Positions 54,347-64,000 of a DNA stretch of 64,000 nucleotides are shown here, piece after piece. Origin of the DNA: Candidatus Latescibacterota bacterium (lineage in GTDB: Bacteria > Latescibacterota > UBA2968 > UBA8231); contig CBDETK010000013.1 of assembly GCA_965242865.1 (NCBI GenBank), forward strand, positions 224,001 to 288,000, given 5' to 3'. The notes below the pieces were generated by a model, which ran no database searches, was not told the origin of the DNA, and was given only the letters and a program-made list of their open reading frames with translations. The position numbers and the translations under genes are program-made. Numbering within the stretch: position 1 is the first letter of the stretch; every line of letters begins with the position of its first letter.

Positions 54347-56776
54347 ATGGACTGCAAAAGGATTAACGCGAACTTGCTTCTGACGATGGCCATTGTGGCT
54401 TTCTTATGGGCCACCCCTGCAATCCACGCCCAGCCGTGGTTGGTGCGCGGCACTGTCCTCGACGCGGCTACCGGGCAGCCCCTGCCAGCGGCTACCGTCC
54501 AGCTAGCCGGCACCTATCGCGGAACCATAGCTAACGACGAGGGCGAGTACTCGCTCAAGGTGCAGCAGTTACCGGCGACGCTGAAAGTGAGTTACATCGG
54601 CTATGTCTCCCAAGACAGCGCGTTGACCGCCCCTGCGGAGCGGGTCGATTTCGCCCTGACGCCCGTGCCCTTTCTGCTCGACCCCATCGTGGTGACGACC
54701 GAAACCTCAGCGGAGGGTATCATGCGCCAAGTCATCCGCCGCAAACAAGCGTGGCGGCCCAGCTTGGCCAGCTATCAGGCACAAGCCTATGCCCGGCGCG
54801 TTTTGGAAAACGAAGAAGGCATCGTCTCGATCGGCGAATTGGCCTCGGAAATTTATTGGGAGCGCGAGCGGGGATTGCGCGAAGTGGTCAAGTCGAGGCG
54901 TGTGACCCAAAATTTGGCTGCCCAAGAAGGATACATCTCGGCCTTTGCGGGGTTTGCGAATTTCTACGACGACGATATCCCCTTTATCGGCCACACCCTG
55001 ATCGGGCCGACCCATCCCGACGCCCTCAAGCACTACCGCTTCCGCTTGATCGGCCAGCGCTATTTGGACGATCAGGTAGTATTCGACATCTCGGTTGAGC
55101 CAAAAAACAAGCTGCAAGCCGCTTTTGTCGGCCGCGTCTCAGTGCTGGACGAGGATTTCGCCTTGCTTGAAGTAGAGCTGGCACCCAGCCGGGCGACCGC
55201 GACCTCGGCCATTCCCCTGCCCCTAATTGAGCATATAGATTTCGCCTACCAACAACAGTTCCGCGGCTTTGCCGGACAGGTGTGGCTGCCGGTTGATTAC
55301 CGAACCTCCATGTCGATAAAAATTAGCATGGTGGGGCTGCACTTTCCCGCGATGAAGTACAACGCGGTGACGCGGCTGAGCGATTACCAAGTCAATGTCG
55401 ATATGCCCGACACGCTCTATGCCAGCGATGAGGTTCTGCGGGTCGATTCGCTGGCCGTGGCCCAGGACAGTTCCTTTGCCCGGCTAGCCGACAAAGTGCC
55501 CCTGTCGGCCCGGGAACAAGCCGCTTATGCGACGATCGACAGCACCATGCGGTTTGAACAGGCTTTCCAGCCGACAGGCTTCCTGGCCCGTTTATTGGTG
55601 AAGGAGCAAACGGAGCAAACAGATGAAGAGACGGAGGAGAGGGCGGAGTCGTCGCGCTGGTTGGGATCTATCGGGTTAAAGCCCGTTTTGCGATACGACC
55701 GGGTGGGTGGGGCGCATCTGGGGCTGGAGGGGAGCCGGGGGCTGGGCGGCGGGCTGGAGGGCGGTGCGGCTGCCGGATACAACGTTGGTCTGAAGCGCTG
55801 GTCCTATCGGGGGCGGGTCGGCTGGCAGGGGACAGCGGGTAGGGCGGTTCTGGAGTACGGGCGAGGGCCGCTGCCGCGCACTCCTTCAGACAGCTACCCC
55901 CTTTTGCTCAACAGCGGCCAGTTCCTGTTGGGCCTAGACGACTATTTCGATTATTACTGGAACGAAAGGTTGCGAGTGCGGCTCCACCTTTCCCTCCCGA
56001 GTCAAGTCGGCTTGAAAGTAGGCTTTAACCACGAGGAGCACTCTTCGCTGCAGGAGACGAGTTCTTTCAGTCTGTTGAATCGGGACTGGCGGCCACGGCC
56101 CAACCCGGCGATTGCGGAAGGTCAGCTGCGCTCGGTAGAGGCCGGCCTCGAATGGGGCGAGCCGTACCAGCCTTTTGGAATGACGGCCAATCAACGGGTC
56201 GCCGTGGGGGTGGAGCACAGTAATACCGGACTGGGCAGCGACTTTTCCTTTACCCGCTTGCGCTTGGCCTTGGACGGCCATTTCAAGACCTTCCTCAAGC
56301 GCCGCATCACGCCTAACGCGCTCGATGTGCGACTCGTGGCGGGGTACTCAATCGGCGATGTGCCCGTGCAGCGCTTTGGATCCTTGGAGGCCAGCATGGG
56401 CTTTTTCTCTCCGTTTGGTGCTTTCCGCACGGTGCGCGGCCATCCATTAGAGGGGCAACACTACGCGGCTCTGTACTGGGAGCACAACTTCAAGACTACG
56501 CCCTTCGAGCTATTGGGGCTATGGGATTGGGCCATGCGAGGCACTGGGCTGGTGGTCCACGGGGCTTCGGGGCGGACGTGGATCAACCCAGAGCAGCGAG
56601 CCGAATTGGGGTACGATCCCCGCTACGAGGAGAGTTTCCGCCATGAGGTGGGGGTCTCGCTCATGTTATACCATCTGCTGCGCCTCGATTTTACCCGACG
56701 CTTGGACCAGCCCGGCTGGAGTGTGGGGTTGAGTTTGGCGCGCTTTGATTTGGGAGGAGCACTTACTGTAGAGTAA
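54347..56776 (+). CDS. Outer-membrane protein with N-terminal CarboxypepD_reg-like domain (DUF5686-like)
   Basis: GTVLDAATGQPLPAATV..GT..N.EG.Y.L..VSYIGY; C-terminal beta-barrel-like strands. Confidence 0.78.
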   Translation: MDCKRINANLLLTMAIVAFLWATPAIHAQPWLVRGTVLDAATGQPLPAATVQLAGTYRGTIANDEGEYSLKVQQLPATLKVSYIGYVSQDSALTAPAERVDFALTPVPFLLDPIVVTTETSAEGIMRQVIRRKQAWRPSLASYQAQAYARRVLENEEGIVSIGELASEIYWERERGLREVVKSRRVTQNLAAQEGYISAFAGFANFYDDDIPFIGHTLIGPTHPDALKHYRFRLIGQRYLDDQVVFDISVEPKNKLQAAFVGRVSVLDEDFALLEVELAPSRATATSAIPLPLIEHIDFAYQQQFRGFAGQVWLPVDYRTSMSIKISMVGLHFPAMKYNAVTRLSDYQVNVDMPDTLYASDEVLRVDSLAVAQDSSFARLADKVPLSAREQAAYATIDSTMRFEQAFQPTGFLARLLVKEQTEQTDEETEERAESSRWLGSIGLKPVLRYDRVGGAHLGLEGSRGLGGGLEGGAAAGYNVGLKRWSYRGRVGWQGTAGRAVLEYGRGPLPRTPSDSYPLLLNSGQFLLGLDDYFDYYWNERLRVRLHLSLPSQVGLKVGFNHEEHSSLQETSSFSLLNRDWRPRPNPAIAEGQLRSVEAGLEWGEPYQPFGMTANQRVAVGVEHSNTGLGSDFSFTRLRLALDGHFKTFLKRRITPNALDVRLVAGYSIGDVPVQRFGSLEASMGFFSPFGAFRTVRGHPLEGQHYAALYWEHNFKTTPFELLGLWDWAMRGTGLVVHGASGRTWINPEQRAELGYDPRYEESFRHEVGVSLMLYHLLRLDFTRRLDQPGWSVGLSLARFDLGGALTVE

Positions 56777-56871
56777 GGAGATCGTTGACTACCATTAGGA
56801 GCGAAGAATATGCCCGAGCTAAAACCTGTTACGCCCAGCGAATTGCCATAAACCGAGAATAGGACCAAGCG

Positions 56872-58238
<1,367 letters not shown>

Positions 58239-58242
<4 letters not shown>

Positions 58243-59540
58243 GCCTGCGCTCCAAACTCATCCTCTACCTGATCGGTATTCACCTCGTATTCGCTGGGCT
58301 TGCTGGATACCTGTTGAGAGCGGAGAAGCCCTATCTATTGGGGCTCGAACTATTCTTCGTCCTGTCTTTTGTGGTCGGCGTGCGCCTGATCCAGCATTTT
58401 TGGGTGCCGCTCGATCTAATCCGCACAGGTGCCGAACTCATCGGCGAGCGCGATTTCACCAGCAAGTTCGTCGAAGTAGGCCAGCCGGAAATGGATCAGC
58501 TCGTGCGCGTGTACAACCGCATGATTGACCAATTGCGCGAGGAGCGCACGCGGCTGCAGGAACAGCACTACTTCATGGACAAGATCCTGACGGCCTCGCC
58601 GTCGGGCATCATCACCCTCGACTTCGACGACAAAGTCGCCCTAGTCAATCCCAGCGCCAGCCGCCTGTTGGGGCTGGCCGAAAGCGCGGTGCTCGGCCAG
58701 TCATTGGACGAGCTGGGAACGGCATTCGCCCAAACCCTACACGCCTTGACCGTTGGCGAGTCGCAGGTGTTGCCGCTGCAAGGGCAGCGGGTGCGCTGCC
58801 ACAAGGCGCAGTTTTTGGACCGCGGATTCCCGCGCAGCTTTATCCTCATGGAGGAATTGACCGAGGAGTTGCGCCTTTCGGAGAAAGCGGCCTACGAGAA
58901 AGTTATCCGCCTGCTGGCACACGAGGTGAACAATTCAACCGGGGCGGTCCATTCCCTGCTGCACTCCTGCTTCAACTACAAAGGGCAGTTGCGGGAGGCC
59001 GACCGCGGCGATTTTGAGAACGCCCTACAGGTGGCCATCGGCCGCATCGATCATCTCAGTGCCTTCATGCGTAGCTTTGCCGAGGTGATCAAACTACCGG
59101 CGCCGCACGTGCAGCCCGTGGATCTAGAAGCCCTGTTGCGCGACATCGCCCTGTTAATGCGCGCCGAGTGCGAGCGCTGCAACATCGAGTGGGATTGGGA
59201 TATTCAGGCAGACTTGGGACTCATCGCCATGGACGAAAACCAGATGGAGCAGGTGTTTGTCAACATCTTAAAAAATTCAGTGGAAGCCATTGGCGAAAAC
59301 GGCCGGATCACCATTCGCCTCGGAACGCTCCAAGACCGGCCCTTTGCCGTGGTGGAGGATACGGGCGCGGGGATCGCCCCGGAAGTAGCCGAGAGCCTGT
59401 TCACTCCGTTTTTCAGCACCAAGGAAAACCGGCGGGGCCTCGGCCTGACGTTGATCCAAGAGATTTTGAGCCGGCACGGTTTTGCCTTTTCCCTCGAAAG
59501 CCCTCCAGACGAGCCGACCCGTTTTACCATCCGCTTTTGA
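58239..59540 (+). CDS. Sensor histidine kinase (2 TM, HAMP, PAS, HATPase)
   Basis: LAHEVNNS H-box, NILKNS, DTGAGI, FFSTK, GLGL. Confidence 0.92.
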
Positions 59541-59566
59541 ATAGCACTCTACAGGCGACCCAGGCG

Positions 59567-59992
59567 ATGCCATTGGATCCGGCCGTCAAGGTTGACTTTT
59601 TGGGCGGCTTGGCGATACTGAGTGGGTTGGCTTACGAGTGGACCACCATTCAGCGCATTATTTCTCAGGAGGGTCTTATGGACGCGATCATGCGCGAATC
59701 ATCCTTTGCTCAACATCTCACCCAGCAGGGCATTGAGCAGGGCATTGAGCAGGGCATTGAGCAAGGCATTGAGCAGGGCATTGAGCAGGGCATTGAGCAG
59801 GGGGGCCGCAACCGCGCCGTTGAAGATATTCTCGACGTGTTGGAGATTCGCTTTGGGGCGGCCTCCGCCCATTCGTTGGCTGCCCGCATTGCCGCGATTC
59901 ACGATTTGCACCGGCTCAAGCAGTTGCATCGCACGGCGGTGCAAGCAGCCGATTTCGAGGGATTTCAGCGGCATTTGGATACCGCCGAGTGA
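59567..59992 (+). pseudogene. C-terminal fragment of an Rpn/YhgA-like (PD-(D/E)XK) protein; may express a 104-aa product from ATG 59678
   Basis: MRESSF...(GIEQ)6...IL.VLE.RFG.....I..I.DL.RL..LHR.A; nuclease N-terminus absent; SD aggaggg before 59678. Confidence 0.72.
59726..59800 (+). repeat. 12-bp coding tandem repeat x6 (cagggcattgag)
   Basis: Directly visible. Confidence 0.95.
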
Positions 59993-60055
59993 CGCGAGGG
60001 GCCAGCCTCGTGTCTCCCGTCCACATTCACCAAGCCGCGAGGAGGGGCGAAATTT

Positions 60056-60997
60056 ATGGAACTTGTGAGGTATCCAGACCGCCGCATTGAGGTGCTCGAC
60101 GAGCGCTTCGCAAAGTACAAGCTGGCCAATGCCGCCCTCGAAATGCTCTGGACCGGCGGGCGCTGGCTCGAAGGTCCGGTGTGGTTTGGCGACGGTCGCT
60201 ATCTGCTGTTCAGCGACATACCCAACAACCGCATCCTCAAGTGGGAAGAAGAGACCGGGGCGGTCTCCGTCTTCCGCCAGCCAGCGAACAACACCAACGG
60301 CAACACCCGCGACCGCCAAGGGCGCTTGGTGTCGTGCGAACACGACGCGCGCCGAGTCACCCGCACGGAATACGACGGTTCGATCACCGTGTTGATAGAC
60401 CAATTCGAGGGCAAGCCGTTGAATGCCCCCAACGACATCGCAGTGAAGTCGGATGGATCGATTTGGTTCACGGACCCCGGTTACGGCATTCTCTTGGATT
60501 ACGAGGGGCATCGGGATGAATTCGAGAATGCCGCCAACGTGTACCGTCTCGACCCGGACACCGGGGAAGCAGCGGTGGTGGCAGGCGACTTTCAGCGGCC
60601 AAACGGCCTCTGCTTCAGCCCGGATGAGTCGCTGCTTTACATCGTCGATACCGGGCGCTCCGACAGCCCCGAACACCCCACCCACATCCGCGTTTTCGAC
60701 GTCCGCGGCGACCGCATCGCAAACGGGCGCGTCTTCGCCGACATGGAGCCCGGCTCGTCGGACGGTATCCGCACCGATGTGGATGGCAACTTGTGGTCGG
60801 GAGCTTGCTGGGGAGGCGAAGGCTACGACGGCGTGCATTGTTTTGCCCCGGACGGCACCTTGATCGGCAAGATCCACTTGCCGGCGCCCTGCGCCAACCT
60901 CTGCTTCGGCGGCGCGAAAAAGAACAGGCTGTTCATAACCTGTTCGCAGTCGCTGTTTTCGGTGTACGTCGAGACGAATGGCGCGCAGCAGCCGTGA
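60056..60997 (+). CDS. SMP-30/gluconolactonase family protein
   Basis: EGPVW, FSDIPNNRI, NGNTRD, LNAPND, WFTDP, PNGLCFSPDE, DG..D.DGN. Confidence 0.93.
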   Translation: MELVRYPDRRIEVLDERFAKYKLANAALEMLWTGGRWLEGPVWFGDGRYLLFSDIPNNRILKWEEETGAVSVFRQPANNTNGNTRDRQGRLVSCEHDARRVTRTEYDGSITVLIDQFEGKPLNAPNDIAVKSDGSIWFTDPGYGILLDYEGHRDEFENAANVYRLDPDTGEAAVVAGDFQRPNGLCFSPDESLLYIVDTGRSDSPEHPTHIRVFDVRGDRIANGRVFADMEPGSSDGIRTDVDGNLWSGACWGGEGYDGVHCFAPDGTLIGKIHLPAPCANLCFGGAKKNRLFITCSQSLFSVYVETNGAQQP

Positions 60998-61024
60998 GGT
61001 TCAAGCCTTGCAAATTTGCAGAGG

Positions 61025-61864
61025 TTAGGTCAGTCCCCATATCCGAGCGGCCGTACCCCCTAGCAGCTGATCCTTTTCCCGCGGGCTGAGAAAGCCAAAA
61101 CCCTCTCGCACTAGGCGCAACTCCTCGGCCAAGGTCGGCCAGTTGTGCTTGGTGCGATGATGCCCCGGATAACCAGTGCCCCACAGCATGCGCTCGGCCC
61201 CAAAGGCGCGGTGTAGGCGTTGGATAAAAGGATGCACATCGGGATATGGGAAGTTTTCCCGCGAGCGGCCGTGGACATCCGATATTTTCACGGCCACGTT
61301 GTCAAAGCCAGCCAGTTCGACGACGGGCTGAAAAGCCTCGGGCGGCTCGTCGAGGTTGGGATAGCCTAGATGGTCCAACAGCAGGGGCATCTGCGGGTGG
61401 CGGCGGGCGATTTCAGCTACTTGATCGGCGCAAGCGGCATTGAAGTGGAACTGGATAACAGCGCCCATTGCGGCGAGGGCTTCCCACAGGGGACGATTCT
61501 GGGGCGTGGTCAGGACTTTCTCGCCCGGGTAGTACATGGGATGGAAGCGAAAGCCGACCAAGCCGCGTTCCTCCAGCCAGTAGCGGGCCTGCTCGGCGTT
61601 GTCCGCATGTTGTGGGTCGAGCATGCCGTGGCCGATAAAGCGGTCGGGAAAGCGGGCCTGCGAATCGGCGATATAGCCGTTGTCCCAAGTGGACCAGCTA
61701 GTCTGCACTAGGACGCTGCGGTCAACGCCGTTTTGGTCCATGTCCTCAATCAGCTCGTCGGCGGTGGCGGGTTCGTCCGGCTTGGAGGTCCAATTCGGAG
61801 CGGTGGGGCCGACGGGATATTTTTCGGACATTTCCCAGATATGCACGTGGGTATCGACGATCAT
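61025..61864 (-). CDS. Amidohydrolase_2 family (lactonase-like) protein
   Basis: DTHVHIW, LDHLG.P, VKIS, RMLWGT.YP; SD aaggag. Confidence 0.88.
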   Translation of the reverse strand: MIVDTHVHIWEMSEKYPVGPTAPNWTSKPDEPATADELIEDMDQNGVDRSVLVQTSWSTWDNGYIADSQARFPDRFIGHGMLDPQHADNAEQARYWLEERGLVGFRFHPMYYPGEKVLTTPQNRPLWEALAAMGAVIQFHFNAACADQVAEIARRHPQMPLLLDHLGYPNLDEPPEAFQPVVELAGFDNVAVKISDVHGRSRENFPYPDVHPFIQRLHRAFGAERMLWGTGYPGHHRTKHNWPTLAEELRLVREGFGFLSPREKDQLLGGTAARIWGLT

Positions 61865-62102
61865 GGACAGCTCCTTTCGAGATGATGTTGCCATTTCTCT
61901 ATAAATCTATGACTTTACGGTCGCTCGCCTAAGTACACGACACCTGCGTTAGAGTCCGGTGTGCGGGGGTGAGGGCAAGATGCCTCGATTTTTGGCAGGC
62001 TGGAGGCGAGTGTCGTGTAGTACGCTGATAAAAAAAGGCCGGGACGCACTCTGACCAGCGATGAAGAAATAAATAACGTAAGTGATTGTTTTTACTAAAT
62101 TT

Positions 62103-64000
62103 ATGAAGTTGGGGGGGGGGTGCTGTCCTCGCCGGGCTGGGCGCCGCCCACATCCTCGTCCGCACCTCCACCTACGGCGCCGAGGTCACCCCGGACTCTG
62201 CAAATTACCTGTCCACAGCCATAAACTTCCTCGCGGGAGAGGGCTGGCGGGATTTCACGGGCAGACCGCTAGTGAAGTGGCCGCCCTTGTTCCCCCTGCT
62301 GCTAGCGGCCGGCGGTTGGCTTGGCCTCGAGCCGTTTGCGGTGGGTCGGTGGATCAACGCCACCGCCTTCGGGCTGACCATCCTCGTCGCGGGGTGCTGG
62401 CTGCACTCGAATCTCCGGTCGCAGGGGCTGTCGCAGGCGGCCACCGCAACCCTCGCGGCTTCCCTGCCCTTGAGCGAGTTTGCGGCGAGCATCATGACCG
62501 AACCTCTCTTCGTCCTGTTTACGCTCCTCGCCTTGATCCAATTGGCGTCCTTCCTCCATCGCGGCGGAAGGACGCTCCTGCTGTGGATGGCGGTTTTTAC
62601 CGCGCTGGCCACGGGGACCCGCTATGTGGGCGTGGTGCTGGTCGGCGTCGGCGTCCTCATGCTACTGGTGCGTCGCACCCCGCCGCTGGCCGCCCGGTTG
62701 AAAGACACCATCGTATTTGGGGCTGTCTCATCCTTGCCCCTCGCGGTAGTGCTGACGCTCAACTGGACGATCTCCGGGACTCCGATTAAGAGGCACGGTG
62801 CGTCCGGGCAGTCTCTATCCACTGGGCTGTGCCAGATCGGCGAGGTGTTCCGCGAGTGGGTCGTCCCCTCAAACGAACTGGACGGGTTTGGTTATCTCCT
62901 GTGGATAGCGGCCGGACTGGTGGTGGTAGCGGGGGCGGTCGTCGGGGTGGCAGGTCGCAGCGTAGGTATGGGCGGGCAGGATGGCGGGGAAAAGGATCGG
63001 AGGGCGTTGCCGTACTTGGGGTTGGGGCCGGCACTCCCTTTCGGGGTGTTTGCCTTGATTTACCTCGGATTCATGGCCGCTGTGATGCCCTTCATAGTTC
63101 CTGGAGGCATCGACAGCCGCTACCTGCTGCCGGTGTATGTACCGTTGCTGTTGGCCGCGGCGTTGCTGCTGGACCGATTCCTGTCCATCGAGGCGGCGGG
63201 TCGGAGGGCCGTGGCTAAGTGGGGGCTGGCGTCCCTCGTCTTGCTAGGTGCCCTCGCCCACGTCAGCCTCTCGGCGTACAAAAACCTCCGCATTACCCGC
63301 CAGAGCATGGAGTCCGGGATCAAAAAAGAGACGTACAACTACAACCCCAACGTCGCCTATTGGCACCATTCTGAGACCCTGAAGTACATCAGGACCCACC
63401 TGAGCGATAGCAAGGTTTTCAGCAACTACCCCTCCGCTACTTGGTTTTGGGATCGGAGCAACGCCCCGAGAAAGCACCTGTATATCTATATCCCATCTTA
63501 TCTTTCGATTCAGAAAGTGATACCGCGCATAATGCGGAAGACCAAGAAGGGCGTCGGCGGGCCTATCGTTTGGCTCCTACATGAAAGACCAAACCCTCAT
63601 TACGCTCGCGACGCCTTGGACATCCGCTGCCTGCCCGGCGTGGAAACCGTGGCCGAACTGGCCGATGGCGCGGTCTTCCGCGTAACGGCAGCCGAACCCT
63701 TCGAGGCACAAAGGCATCGCGCCTGCAAACAACGCTACCTACAGGGGCTCATCCAACAGGCCGGCGAGCCGGTGGTGCGCGCCGACTGGAACGTGTACCG
63801 CACCGGACGCCGGCTGATTTACGTCAAACAGCCGTGTGCCCCGGCCGACCCGCAGGCCAAGTTCGTTTTGCACGTCATCCCAGCCGACCCGGCCGACCTA
63901 CCATTCAATCGCCAGCGGTACGGCTCGGACAACTTCGACTTCTATTTCGACCGGCGCGGCTTCCGGGTCGGCGACCAGTGTATGGCGGCCATTCATCTGC
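62103..64000 (+). CDS. GT-C/PMT-like multi-pass membrane protein with a C-terminal extracellular domain; 3' partial, and its start is out of frame across a G10 tract
   Basis: Frame 62107-64000 is open: TPDSANY, WPPLFPLLL, MTEPLF, TRYVG, DSRYLLP, then YVKQPC..F.LHV.P; the ATG at 62103 would be in frame with G9 or G12. Confidence 0.72.

Noticed and set aside
63300-63610. Diversity-generating retroelement target
   Set aside because: No template repeat or reverse transcriptase is in the window, and the patch is internal to the gene.

Overview
A GC-rich bacterial chromosomal segment. The FlgD/T9SS-like C-terminal domains, LRR+YWTD lipoprotein and Rpn-type GIEQ repeats suggest an FCB-group (Latescibacterota-like), possibly sponge-associated organism; this is inference only. 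Contents in order: cell-envelope glycosylation genes; an ABC pair; a frameshifted TauE exporter; two paralogous secreted S8 proteases with 3 versus 12 IPT/TIG repeats; an aromatic amino acid supra-operon (trpL attenuator, trpE(G), trpG, trpD, trpC, trpS, chorismate mutase, tyrA, aroA-like, small protein, aroE, argS, aroK, aroB); housekeeping redox, HAD, ClC and TrmH genes; a COG3014/LpoB-like lipoprotein operon; a sigma54-controlled MacB-type export locus with four permeases and a two-component system; and a partial GT-C membrane protein. I saw no rRNA, tRNA, CRISPR array or intact transposase, but several REP/MITE families sit between and inside genes. Most notable: an intact but catalytically stripped EPSP synthase homolog followed by an unannotated 46-aa membrane protein; a Trp leader-peptide attenuator; the sigma54/UAS-driven two-permease-pair exporter with a nearly sensorless kinase; a ClC lacking both proton-coupling glutamates; two long structured non-coding leaders; and a recurring pattern of antitoxin halves kept without their toxins.
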